This document shows positions 1 through 11,720 of a stretch of 64,000 nucleotides of DNA, piece after piece. The notes beneath the pieces were generated by a model. It saw nothing but the letters and a program-made list of their open reading frames with translations, searched no databases and was not told the DNA's origin. The number at the start of each line of letters is the position of its first letter. The first letter of the stretch is position 1. The position numbers were made by a program, and so were the translations under genes. Source of the DNA: Dicyema japonicum (lineage: Eukaryota > Animalia > Dicyemida); NCBI GenBank assembly GCA_011109175.1, contig RDEW01000108.1, positions 1 through 64,000 of the forward strand, read 5' to 3'.

Positions 1-156
1 TATAGAAGGGTAGTATATGAGTTGATGTTAACTTCAAAAGAATACATGCATGGAGCTAGCGCTATTGATCCTCGATGGCTAATAGAGTTTACTCCAAAGT
101 TTTTCCAGTTTTTTGACCCGACTAAGCTCAGTGGTGCAAATAAATGCACCTCTTGA
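1..156 (+). CDS. DHX8: 3' end of DEAH-box splicing helicase, PRP22/DHX8-like (C-terminal OB-fold region)
   Basis: Frame 1 reads [41 protein letters not shown], matching the recalled DHX8/Prp22 C-terminus (VVYHELVLTTKEYM...IDPRWLVEFAP.FF...DPTKLS). Ends early at TGA 154-156, just before a SINE tail. Confidence 0.7.
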   Translation, partial: YRRVVYELMLTSKEYMHGASAIDPRWLIEFTPKFFQFFDPTKLSGANKCTS

Positions 157-162
157 TAATAT

Positions 163-485
163 ATTTATTATTATTATTTATTAACCCCGGATACACCGAG
201 AAAGAAGTTAAAGTAAACAACTAATTAAGTTATCCAGTTTCCACTTATACAGAGTCCATCCGGAATCAGCATAAAAGGTAAGACGTCCATTACATGCAGT
301 TGTGGAAACCCCTCCAGTAGAGTGGGGGAGAGCAAATGATATTTTTTCATGCCGGCCTTGCACTGGGCGCCACCTAGACGGGTGAATCACATGACGCCAC
401 TCTAATAGGAAGAGAGAGGAGGAATAGATGAGCAAGCAGAAAACTTCAATCAATTAACCACGCAGCACCACATGGCGCCACGCGT
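163..485 (-). mobile_element. Non-autonomous SINE-like element, family A1 (hairpin head + pseudoknot core + Vingi-like tail)
   Basis: Near-identical to 47325-47631 (-) and 2323-2628 (+). (TAA)n tail; core motif at 337-398. Confidence 0.85.
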
Positions 486-584
486 TGGTATTTTGAATTA
501 ATAAATGCGTAGCACGGTATTTTGAAAGTCACGTCGAATGAAAATATTAACGATTAATAAATAAATATTAACGAAAATTTGGTT

Positions 585-2318
585 TTAATGCAAGTTGGCC
601 AGAGTAGCTGGTTTTCAGAAATTCAAGGGTCATTTTTGCCTAAGGTTGATTAAGTTAGCCAACCATGACTTTAATTTAGGGTGGATTGATGTAGTAAAAA
701 TTTTTGCTGTAAGGATCTTCCGAGATACTGAGTCAAAAGTCTTTTCTAGATAAGTTGTTGTTGAGTGTCTTTCGCGGAATCCATGTAGAAAAGATGTAGA
801 GTTATGAAATGACGGATCTTGAGAATGACTAGTTTTTCTAACACTCGTGATATGGCGCAGATGATGGATACCGGTCGGTAGAAGATATGGCGCAGATAAG
901 TTTTCTCAGGATAGATTGTGTATCAGAGATTCATATTGAAATGTTCTCGTTTATTGAGAGGTTGAAAATTTGTGTTATTTTGGCCGTCACGGAATGACCC
1001 AGGTGTTTCAGTTAGAGAATGAAGATGTCATCTGAACCGCGGGACGACAAGTTATTCATTTTCCTGATTACTGAGTGGACTTTGATGAAGGGTTGAAGAA
1101 GTCATGTTGGAAATTATTCCTTCGACCATTGCTAGAATGATAACATCCATGTCTTTTGAATATGGTTTATGACTAATATTGGATATGGCTCTTGATGTCC
1201 AATTAAATGTGGAGAGCACTTCTTAAGCCTCCTTATCGATTTACATTATACAGTGAGGGAAGTATTGTTCGTAACTTATCTGAGCAAGGGTTCCCAACGT
1301 TCTTTGCTGTTTTTCGTGATGTTCCGAGTGATTTCTTTGTTCAGTTTTAATATCCTTTCAGTATCGGAATGTATCTTTTGCGATCTCGGAGTATAATCTC
1401 ATTGAGGTATTCGACAGCAGCGTCGATAGATCCGAAGTTCTCTATCTGGAAGGTGTATGTGTAGTTCGATAAAAGATGTGAAGGCGGGCCATATTGTCTT
1501 TAAAAGTTCACATTTGTTCTCAGAGTGTTCATTAACTTATGTTTTTGTAGATCCTCATGAAGATCGGTTATGGTAGGTATGTAAGTCGTATATAAATCCC
1601 ATAAAATGACAGCCTCAAGAGAAGGGGCGGCAAAGAAATGTCTGGTAAAGTAGGGGAGTCGCCTTGACGGGAAGGGACCTTGTGTGTTTGCTTTGATTAT
1701 TGAGAGTGATCAAGTCGTCAAAACTGTCCAAATATAGGGGCCCCGTTGATTCAGTTGTTGGTCAGCATGCCATCGAAAACTCTTCGCATTTAAGTCACGC
1801 CAATTAGCGTGTGTTCCAACAGAGTGAATCGTTGAGTTCAGGGCGGTAGCCTTTTGGGCATGACGGTGGAGAAGGTACTTATATATTGACAACTGTCAAT
1901 CGGAAAGAGGGTAGGCAAATTTTCTGAGTTAGTTGCACCAGTGTGTCGTCTTGGTGGGAGGGGTCCGGGATGTCGTCCGAGATATTTATAATCATTATAT
2001 GCTTCCTGATTAAAGTAATTAAATTTCCTTTCTATCCATGACCTCTGTCTCGTCTGAAAACGTTGTTTCCCTTAAAGTTGGGGGTTGATCGCCGTGGGTT
2101 AAGTTTGGTATCTCGGGAAAGAGCTATATCCATTGAGTGTTTTATGAGAAAGAGTTGTAGTTCGGCAATTTTTGTTCGGATAGCATTGATGTTAATTTGT
2201 AATGTGACTAAATCTGGTCCTGGATTTTCCTCGACATCTCCACAGGAAGGAGTAGGATTCGACACCATCCGCGCGGGATAGGGAGTTTGTGACTCTTTTC
2301 CAACCTCGTGAAGTAATA
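585..2318 (-). mobile_element. Ingi/Vingi-like non-LTR retrotransposon, 5' half: 2A peptide, APE endonuclease, start of RT (degenerate)
   Basis: Minus strand gives CGDVEENPGP, then LQININAIRTKIAELQLFL, VVNIY and DLNAKSFRWH (APE motifs). A degenerate RT N-terminal region follows. 3' end missing. Confidence 0.8.
2215..2267 (-). other. 2A (StopGo) ribosome-skipping peptide N-terminal to the APE domain
   Basis: tgg tgt cga atc cta ctc ctt [t]cc tgt gga gat gtc gag gaa aat cca gga cca = WCRILLL(S)CGDVEENPGP after restoring one T. Exact D-V-E-x-N-P-G-P motif. Confidence 0.85.
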
Positions 2319-2322
2319 TATA

Positions 2323-2628
2323 GCCGCGTGCGCCATGTGGTGCTTGCGTGGTTGAAGTTGAATTCTGCTTGCTGTCTGTTTCTCCTCTCTCTTCTTATTA
2401 GAGTGGCGTCATGTGATCCACTGTCTAGGTGACGCCCAGTGCCAGGCCGGGACGAAAAAGGATCATTTGTTCTCCCCCATTCCAATTGGAGAGGTTTCCA
2501 CAACTGCATGTAATGGACGTCTTACCTTTTATGTTGATCCGGAGATGGACTCTGTAGAAGTGGAAACTGGATACACTTAATTAGTTGTTTACTTTACTTC
2601 TTTCTCTGTGTATCCGAGGTTAATAAAA
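2323..2628 (+). mobile_element. SINE-like element family A1
   Basis: Head GCCGCGTGCGCCATGTGGTGC, pyrimidine tract, core motif 2405-2465, tail ending TGTGTATCCGAGGTTAATAAAA. Confidence 0.85.
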
Positions 2629-2652
2629 TTTTATTTATTAACCCAAGACCAC

Positions 2653-3475
2653 GGTTGAGGTGGTGACGTCCCTCTATTGCACATATGAAAATACGTATTT
2701 GAATATCCTTTCTGGTTTCTACCCTACCTTCAATGCCAGGGGGCCTTAATGATTGATCGAAGAGGCACCTACTATGTCTGACCTTGCAAAATGGATGCTC
2801 TTTGCTGTCTCCAAGAGACGAAGCTCAGAAAAGGACTCGATGAAAACCTTGGAGACTACAGACTAATCCTCCTTCATCGTACTGTAAACACTATGGACAG
2901 GGTTTCGCTGTTCACAAGAATTTGCTCCCCAGATTACATCGATATTGGNCAACACGAATTGCCCCTCTTGATAATAAATTTAGAGGCAAGGATGAATGGA
3001 AAATCACTTCATGCGTATCCGAAATACATAACTAAATTCACTGTTTTAGACATGTATGTTTTTCAATTTCTTAGTTTTAATTATTGCGCTCCTGTCTTTC
3101 TCATCTTTATCACTGCTTGACCAATTCTAATAATCTGAAGGATGTCTAACAACTGTATTCGGTGACTACGTGCTCTTCTCCTGTATCCTACATCGAGAGA
3201 TTGAAAGCTCGTTCACTTGATCATAGGCAGATACTTGATTCCTTCTTTGGTTTTTTATCGCACTCGTGTGAAACGCGGTGAAAATTCAATATGGCATGGT
3301 TCTCTATACAAAAAAGCATCGCATGCAAATCTAGGCAAAATTGGAGAACCTTAGATAAGTCTGATGAAGAACAAGTTAGTTTAACGAGAGATAATAAAGT
3401 TTAGGATAAGCTCCGATTTGTCCCGAGAACAGACCTCATCGAGAAGAGGATTGTGAAATTTAACATAAAAAACAA
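2653..3475 (+). mobile_element. RTE-clade LINE remnant: 5' end, APE start and C-terminus, with the middle deleted
   Basis: FNARGLND...DALCCLQETKLRKG is RTE-type APE. The 5' end is shared with 42597. C-terminal region resembles other RTE ends in the window. Confidence 0.65.
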
Positions 3476-3789
3476 GCAATTAAAAAAAGTTAAATAATCC
3501 TTATTATTAATAACAACCACATACAGCATCAAACATATAGTATTTTTTCTTTACAATGCACATGACATGACCGGGAGTCGAATTCAAAATCAGTAAGGAT
3601 AAAGTCTATTGAATCCAGTCCATACACGTTAGAAAGATCAAGCCGACTGGAGGAATTTATAATAATTCGTTCCTCCTTTAAGCGATTTGTCAATTTTTTA
3701 TTGCTTTAAAATAATCAGTTCATAAAGTTGGTTAGCATTAAATATAGGTTTTAAGGTTTGTCTTACTTATTGCAAGATTACTGCTTTAA

Positions 3790-6100
3790 GACTTGTAGCG
3801 TAATTGTAGCGTGCCGTTATGTGGTCCACCAATTCAAAAAATTCAAAAGGATTTGGCAACGCCCAGGGGGCTTCTAATGCCCTCCTGAAAAGGTCCATTA
3901 GACCCTTTTCTCCTGGGGTCATTATCGATCCCCCGGCGATGTGCTTCAAAAATCCAAAATTCCCGGCGAAAACTCTCAGCCCGCTGTGGAGAAAGAAATT
4001 TACTGCTCTCCAATTGAAACATCAACGGAATTAAAGCAAGGTCAGGAACTCCGTTCAATCCTGGCAAATCAGAAGATCGACGTGGCCATGATTCAAACAA
4101 CTAAACTCCGCATGATGATCCACTCTTCATTCCCTGGATACGAGGCTATCAGGATAGACCGTAAAAAGAGAAGAGGGGGTGGACTACTTACTCTATTCAA
4201 AAAGAACCTGAAATGCAGAGACATTACTTCGGAAGTGAGGAAACTTGTTGGAAATGACGAGGTTACTGAGGCAATTGGAATTTTGCTTGGGACAACAAAA
4301 GGAAGTATGTGCCTCGTGAATATCTACTTGCCTCTTCCGGCTCCTGCCCAAAGGACTATGTTATTCCAAACCTATCAAGATTGGCTATCTACGATGAGAT
4401 AATCATATGTGGAGATTTAAACGCAAAGCACCCATTATGGTTGTCAACCCAACAGGCCGACACGAGAGGAAGCTATTGTTATTGAAATCAGACTCCCTAA
4501 CGATACTGAACGATCCAGCGAAAAATACAAGGACCCCACTAAGAGAGATGGATCAGCCTACCTCACCGGATGTAACACTCTGCTCATCGTCGCTTTCATC
4601 AAAAATTGATTGGTCAGTCTTCTACGAAACAAGAAGCGACCATAATCCAATTGTGATGAAGGTCATGAGAAAAGTCAGAGTGAGGAGAACACCTGCTAGT
4701 TATAACTACAAAGCTGCTAATTGGGAATTGTATCGCGCAATCTCTGATGATAGACTGAAGAATTGTTACTTGGTCAGCTTCAAATCGCTAGAAAAAGCGA
4801 TCAAATACTTTACTTGCACAATCCTAGAAGCAAGATCATTGGCTATTCCCAAGCATCGTCTAAATTCCTCTAATGATTGAGAGAAGTCGACATTGACCAA
4901 AGAAAGAAATCACTTCAAAAAATCTAATTGGATCACATTAGAAACGAAACTCCGGATCAGAGCTCTAAACAACGAAATAAAGGACAGAGAGTTCAAGGCT
5001 CAGAAATTAAAGTGGAATCGGATTCTTACAAAAATAAATCGCAACCATAGTACCGGAGAAGTGTGGAAAGTTATCCGAAATGTTGCAAAGTGCGAAGAAA
5101 CTTCCCCGAGGATGACTATACTCAACGAGACGTTAACAATTTGATAAAATTCTACACAAAAATTTCGTACAGAGAACACAGAAAGTCGGAAGTGCTTCTC
5201 TCTTCACGCAGAAAACTGAAAAAGGATTCTAACCCAGTTTACTACTCGGATGAAAACGTAAAGAATGCGCTGCGTTTTACATAAACAACGTCCTGACAAC
5301 ATTCCAGTAGTGTTATTGAAGAACCATGGAGATATGGGAGTCGATTTTCAACTATTCAATTAATTAAAATGTAATACCGTTGTTGTGGAAGCAACGACAT
5401 TGTTTTGGTCTCGCGTGATCGGGATACCAAAATGCTACAGAAATTAACCTGGACCGACTCAACGCTTGGGTAATGAAGAACCGACTCACGATAAATTCCA
5501 GAAAGTCGGTCACGTCTATGTTTACTTCGGACAAAAGGTTGGGGAAGATGACAGTCAAGTTAAAATTGGACAACGTTGAAATCCCCTTCAGCAAATGTCA
5601 GAAGATCCTGGGCGTGACACTGGATACGCACTTATGTTTGTCACCACACGTGGTAAACATTGTTCTGAAGTGCGAGAAGAGGATCAATGAATTAAAATGT
5701 TTATCTAGAATATGAAAGACAGGTACCCACCCAGTCTTGATAAACATTCACAAACAATACATCGAACCATGCTTCTCGTACGCGTGTGCTTCGTGGGGAC
5801 CTTCATTATCATGGACGAACACTAAGAAAATCGAGGACGTTCAAAAGAAGGTTTTCATAATGACAGAGCGGTGATCTTGTGGGAGACACAGAACCGGACC
5901 GACTACTCTAGAGGCCCTCATTAAACAAAACTCCGGCATACGGGAAGGTGACCTGCAAATACAGTCAGCCTCCCAGTACGAGCTTGTGTGGGTACGAGGG
6001 AGGAGCACCGGAAAAAAATGAGGATTTTGGCGGAACGCATCGGGATCACGTGATAGTTAGTTTTGGTTTTACCGTGGTCTTGGGTGATAAATAAAATAAA
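3790..6100 (+). mobile_element. Vingi-like LINE (family B), both ends present but RT core deleted
   Basis: 5' structured motif 3813-3897. APE motifs: IDVAMIQTTKL, GGGLLTL, LVNIYLP, CGDLNAKHP, SPDVTL, SDHNPI. Jump to DDIVLV/KILGVTLD near 5400-5620. ORF ends RIGIT*, followed by the 3' UTR and A-rich tail. Confidence 0.85.
3813..3897 (+). ncRNA. Candidate HDV-like ribozyme fold in LINE 5' UTR
   Basis: P1 gccgtt/aacgcc, P2 tggtcc/ggtcca, P3 acc...ggc (loop expanded by an AATTCAAAA duplication), P4 gggggc/gccctc, J4/2 starting with C. Same layout as the SINE A cores. Confidence 0.6.
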
Positions 6101-6212
6101 CTGCTTTAAGAAAAAGAAAGAGTCCTCAACTAAATAATTCAATTCCCGAGGTCAGAGTTGGACTCATCAATTACGATCATCACGTCCATCCATATCCAAC
6201 ATTGTGGGAATT

Positions 6213-6530
6213 TTTTTGAGCACTACCGCGTTGCCATAAGCACGTAAGATGCCTAGGGTTTCGCTCGTGCAGAACACACACTTTATTTGAGTAAAGAACA
6301 GTTATTATAACTAATCGTAGAGAGAATCAAGGAATGCTCTTCACTTCTTTGTTTTTTTGTGTGTGTTCTTTTGACTATCCAGTTCTGCATTGAATCTTCA
6401 TTGATGACAGCGTCACTCGTCAAGCCCTTTCCGCATCATAGATGCGTGGAACCTTCCACCAGGTGAACAGCAGCGAGAATCGAACCCGTGACCTAAGCCA
6501 CTTTAACCCGACACCTAACCACTATGCCAC
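6213..6530 (-). mobile_element. tRNA-derived SINE (family B), full length, with 14-bp TSD
   Basis: A box TGGCATAGTGG and B box GGTTCGATTC at the 5' end. TSD ACATTGTGGGAATT at 6199-6212 and 6531-6544. Second copy at 47660-47985. Confidence 0.9.
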
Positions 6531-6741
6531 ACATTGTGGGAATTAAAGTAATTAATGTTTAAATATTGAGTTTGTTGTAGTAATTATCTGCACTTACTTT
6601 ACATGATTCAAACAATAAATAGTTGATATTAAAAATCAAGGAGATTTAACCAGATTTTTGACTTTTGTTTGTAAATATTAACAGGTGAAAAGGCTGTTAT
6701 TATTATTGAAATATGGGTAAAAAATTAATTAACAATAAAAT

Positions 6742-7150
6742 ACTATTGACTAACTATGGAGGAGAGCGGCTGCTGATATTATGGAGTAAGCGTTTCCGCG
6801 GACAACTGCGATCCCAATTCGTTGCCTCAGCCAGACCTTTTCCCGCACGTCTTTCTTGCAGTGGGCCAATATCCCCCCGATTTCCTTCATGAAAGAGGCT
6901 GTAATACTTCCGGCCGTAGACGTCTCGATTGCCACCGGTAAAAACGGTAGCGGTCCTCAATTTCGCCATATTTGATAATCTTGATTTTTTCGGCCTGATC
7001 AGCTGCCGATCCAGCAGACTACGCCGAGCTGAGTATCATCGAGTTCGAGAAAGAATCCACAACAATGCAGTCCCATACGAGCGATTTTCCCTCAGTGAAC
7101 GGAAAGATAGTTAACCCATCAGGTCTTTTCCCGTCTCCGCGGGACCGAAA
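6742..7150 (-). mobile_element. CRE-like non-LTR retrotransposon 3' fragment (restriction-like endonuclease domain)
   Basis: RGDGKRPDGLTIFPFTEGKSLVWD...FLPVAIETS...WLRQRIGIAVVRGNA. Confidence 0.85.
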
Positions 7151-7355
7151 TTTTATATAAGTAAATAGTATTAAATTAAGGCAGTTAACATATCGACCAT
7201 ACGATGTGAATGATAAAAGTAATTCCTCATAAAAGGTTCGTCAATGGATGGTTGATACATTATAAATCAACAGACATTATAGTTGACTTATACTATAAAA
7301 TTGAATATATAATTCATTACAATTTAATAATAAGCCGGAAGATATTTATATTATA

Positions 7356-7600
7356 GCGTGGCGCTATGTGGTGCTACGTGGATAGTTTGTCATTGGTGCT
7401 ACGTGGGTAGTTGTATTTTCTTTCCTTCCGATGGCGTCATTGGATCCACCTTACTGAGGAGGCGCCCAATGCCTGGCCGTCATCAAGAGGATCCAATAAT
7501 TCTTCCCGGGGACAACGTCGTTACCTGTTCTGGAATGCTGGAACGAGTCAGGATCGAGGAGTTAGTTAGTTTGGTTACCTTTGGTCTTTGGAAATAATTT
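7356..7600 (+). mobile_element. SINE-like element family A2
   Basis: Head GCGTGGCGCTATGTGGTGCTACGTGG, core 7433-7494, tail TTAGTTAGTTTGGTTACCTTTGGTCTTTGG shared with 27830, 38325, 56120 and 63030. Confidence 0.85.
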
Positions 7601-7984
7601 TAATATTTCATGTAATTGCTCGTATATTTATAGGTTGGTATATAAAACTATTTGACATTGAATACTTATAAAAAATGTTATCAATTTTATTATTTTGAAG
7701 TTGTATTATATATTTCGAGCATACATCATCCAAATACTTACTCAATATTTATAAGTTCTAATAATAATTGATTTTATTCATCATGATGTTATATGTAAAT
7801 ATTATTTATCTACAAGTCCGTAAATAATACTTGGGTCCTCCTACCATACCCACTACCAAATTAATTGCACAGTGATGGACATATGTGAGTTTGTAGACTA
7901 CAGAGATTTATTAACAAGAGTTAAGGAGTTTTCTGGAGGGTATTACATCTGATTCCTACCATACGGCTTGAACTCTACACTTCC

Positions 7985-8560
7985 TCCTTTTTAAATTTTT
8001 TTCAGGACGTATTTCCCAGCTTTATATACGGCTCTTGGATCTTTGATTTCCTCCTGAAACCATAATCCGATCCTCCACAATCCTGCTAATCGGTTCTAAC
8101 AGCTTGTATTCGTCCTCGCTTAGACAGTCTTTCAGCTTCTTGTTTAAGGAGTGCTTAATCGCAGCTCTCCTAGTCTTCTCTAGGAGGGAAAAAATCTTCT
8201 CCCTTATCGAAGAGAAAAATCACCCCTTGTACCAATGAAGTAGGTTAGGGAGAATAACTCCCTTGAAGATGAACAGGTAGATGTCACGGATAACGTGTAA
8301 CTTCCGTGTACATAGGAGCGACTGAAAACCTTTTATTCTTCTCCCCTTTATGTCGTCCATGTAATCTCCTGCGTGTCCATATTCGACCCCAGGTAGCGCA
8401 GGCTGTGTGCATTGTTTACTCCCAGTGTGTGATCGCATCAACAATAGACATGACTGACAAAGTTGATCTAATTTATGTTTGATCCCATCAACGTTGTTAG
8501 ACTCAGTCGTTATGTCTTTAAATGTTTTGGGATTACCAAGGCATAGACGTGTCCAAATTT
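7985..8560 (-). mobile_element. Jockey/I-group LINE (family C) 3' fragment
   Basis: Homologous to 17830-18530 and 46400-46900 (QSLLCTRKL...FIFKGVILP). Confidence 0.7.
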
Positions 8561-8844
8561 TTTAATCAAAATCTACTAACAGTTTTAAAGGCTAATCGTG
8601 CAGATAGTGTAGGATCAGACGAGTCAGATTATCTGCAGCGTTGATCAAAGAAAAAAAAGTTGACCATTTCAAAAGACGAGATAATTTCTCCAAAATGAAA
8701 TGGAAATTTTGTCAAAATAAATCTTCAATAATTTCTGATTAGACGACGACCTCAATTGTTTTTCAGAAGGTCCTTATTTGAAAACACGAAACATTCCGTA
8801 GAGAGAAAAGGAAAAAAAGTGTTTGATGGATGCTCAGTAGGAGT

Positions 8845-9035
8845 ACTCGTGTAGTTATTAGTTGTGAGTTTGATTCCCACCCGTTACCTACTTGTCCAAA
8901 AGATTTTTAACTACTCTGGACTTTCTTCTAGTCTTAAGTGCATGTGATCCACCTGTCTCAGGAGACACCCAATGTCTAGCCGATATCCAAAAAAGGAGCA
9001 CTATCTTCCCTACTCCACTGGAGGAAGTCTATAAA
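8845..9035 (+). mobile_element. Family A variant with Pol III B-box-like head
   Basis: GAGTTTGATTCCCAC (B-box-like) at ~8866-8880, then core CATGTGATCCACCTGTCTCAGGAGACACCCAATGTCTAGCCGATATCC...GGAGCA. Confidence 0.65.
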
Positions 9036-9974
9036 AGACACGATTTTATCAATAATCAACTCTACTAAGGAATTCGTTTGTAGAGGGTCTTCATACAATC
9101 TAGACCACCCATCTCTGGACGACCTGTTGGGTAATCTGTTAACGGTTGCTTTCTATGCTCCATCGGGATTTCACGGAAACCTAAAAAATTATTTAATCAG
9201 GACTTAACTATCTTTCAAGCGGATTATAAACTATTACTAGAATTGGATTAAGACTGATCCCTGCAATATCGAGGATTAGTAGAGGTTGGGTAGATTATGA
9301 AAAAACGTCTCTATTACTTCACAAAGGTCTATGCAAATTAATCTTAGCTACGACGAGATGAAACCACGATAACAACATTCAATGTACGACGAGATGAAAC
9401 CACGATAATAAACAATCGAACTTTTCCTATAACTGGTATCTCTATTCGACTGTAAAGATCTCATCGAGAATCGGCATCAAAGGATCCTCATGTAAGAGGA
9501 GTTTTGTAATTCTGGGTGAGGTTCATTTCAAAGTATATTTAGCCAATTGGTAACTAAAGATAAATCAGTCACAAGATTACCATGTTTATGGAATCATTAT
9601 TATTCACGAATATATGCTTTGATGCTTGCCTCTGCTGTAAATTTCTTAAAACGGTGATGAGATGAAACGCTCACTGTTCCAAGAAATACCAAAGTCGCCA
9701 GTGTGGTTAACTTTTGGGGATTTCTGATCTGTAAAAAAATTGAATATAAATAAACAAAAATAAACAAAAAAATAAAAAAATATCATACCAGCTATTTAAT
9801 GTTAATATTTAATTATTATTATTTTAGTAGAATAAATTTTTTTTTTGTATATTAAACCATCCATAGGAGTTTTCTCTGGACGGCACTTCCTTCAAATCCA
9901 AGCATACGAAGACTGCTGAAAAAGGCCGGATCACCTGAATTTTTTCATTTTTTCTATGACGATGGTTTTCTGGT

Positions 9975-11720
9975 TTAATAAATTTAAGTTTAAGTATTCT
10001 TTCTACCCTCACATTCAATGCCGGGGGTCTTGACTGGTCGAAGAGGCACCAACTTTGTCTGACCTTGAGATGCATCGATGTCCAGTCTGCTGTTTCCAAC
10101 AGACGAAAGTCAAAGGAGGACTTGACTAACGTTCTGGAAACTACAGAGTAATCCTACTCCCATCGACTGTATATATTAAGAACAAGGTTTCGCTGTACAT
10201 AAAGATTTACATCTGAAGTCGTCCTCATTCATATTTATTGAAGGATATTAAAATGCTAAAGTTGGGGTACGAAAAAAGATACGAAAGTTTTATTGGGCCA
10301 CACGGGAGAGGGATCAGGAACTATCATATTTCTGGATGCCTTTGACTTGTTCATGTGCCACGTCCAATTCCAACATTCAGCACGCCATAAAACAAGGCTC
10401 CTGACTTTCGCACACCGGAAATCCGATAAAGATTTATAATCGATTATATTGTTTGTCGAATAAAAGACAAATCTTTCTTTAGCGACACGAGATCTTATGG
10501 AGAATTTACTGTTGACAGTGACCATATTGTGTATGCAAAATTCAACCCAAAATTTTTTCTAAGTTCGAAAAAAAAGATAGAAACATGTAGATTGTGGTAG
10601 CAAACAACATCGCGGAGACATCACTGACAATTGACTTAATTTTTTACGTCGTTGATCCCTGCTTTGTCGATAGAGGGGGTATCATCCAAACGCAATATCT
10701 TGTGCTTTCAACGGGATTAAGAAGGTATATGACTGAATTCTTGTGCTCGTCAGAAGTCTGTAAATAGAGTATCAAGAATATGTATCAAAGTCAATCAGAA
10801 ATATAGGAACGGATCTTCTACCGGGAAATGAATGTTTCGAAACTGTGAGGAGGATCATTTCCACAGCTGATAAACACCATGGGAAACCTAAACTCCAAAG
10901 CAGTCAGTGTCACCAGAAGTGCCAGCTCTATTAAATCTGCAGAAGGGTTAAGAGATCAGATCCTAAAATACTGCGCATCCGCAAACTGTTTTCCAAACTG
11001 AAACAATAACAAAGTCAATTCTAGAGGAAATCAAACTCAAACATGCAACATCACATACCCACTTGGAAAAAAAGATTAAAGAGGTCGAACTCTTCAAAAA
11101 CAACGCAGCAACATTTATGGCTATGCGGCTATTGCGGGGAAGGACTAATCAGGGAAGCTTCTTTTGTACGACTGAAAAGGAAAAACAATAAGAAATGCTG
11201 CCAAACAGACAGAGTTCGTCGCATCGAACTTTGAACAAGTTTTCTTTGTGACAAAAGAGAAATTGGATTTCACGCCATAAGACATCAAACTCGAACGGAT
11301 CATCTTACGGAGGAAGACTGCAGAAACGATAAAGAAGCTCAAATTTAGTCGTTCTCCTGGACCAGACAATATATCCTCAGAATTGTTAAAATTTGGCCCA
11401 GGAGAACTTTCAGATAAACTCTCAAGATTACTGTACGATATGATAGCAAACAAGGACTTTTCAGAGCTTGGAAAAGGGGTGCTATTACCAGCCCAGAAAG
11501 AAAATACCCTGCGGAAGATCCATGCCCTGATCATACTTAATTGGATCCAAGAGTCAGTGTACGGGCATTTGGCGCAAAGCCATCATCCGAGTTGATTTTG
11601 ACTTTGTTTTTGAATGAAGTTGTTTTGCTGTACTCTGACAATGTACACAGCACTCGCTATTGCGCCTAGGCTTCAGAATTAACGAGATGTTCAAAAGACC
11701 ACGTGGTTATATCGAAAAAA
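9975..11720 (+). mobile_element. RTE-clade LINE, degenerate APE through RT N-terminus
   Basis: TFNAGGL, GDFNAK-like segment, LKFSRSPGPDNISSELLKFG, and a QXGFR-like region near 11670. Confidence 0.75.

Noticed and set aside
208-453. Short ORFs inside family A copies (e.g. 208-453, 7358-7597, 27871-28062)
   Set aside because: Frames are not conserved between copies; they are by-products of the repeat sequence.
2215-2245. T2A as cloning-vector contamination
   Set aside because: The upstream residues differ from vector T2A, and it is fused in frame to a native APE domain.
6440-6530. tRNA gene
   Set aside because: It has A and B boxes but no proper anticodon arm or acceptor stem, and it is the head of a TSD-flanked SINE.
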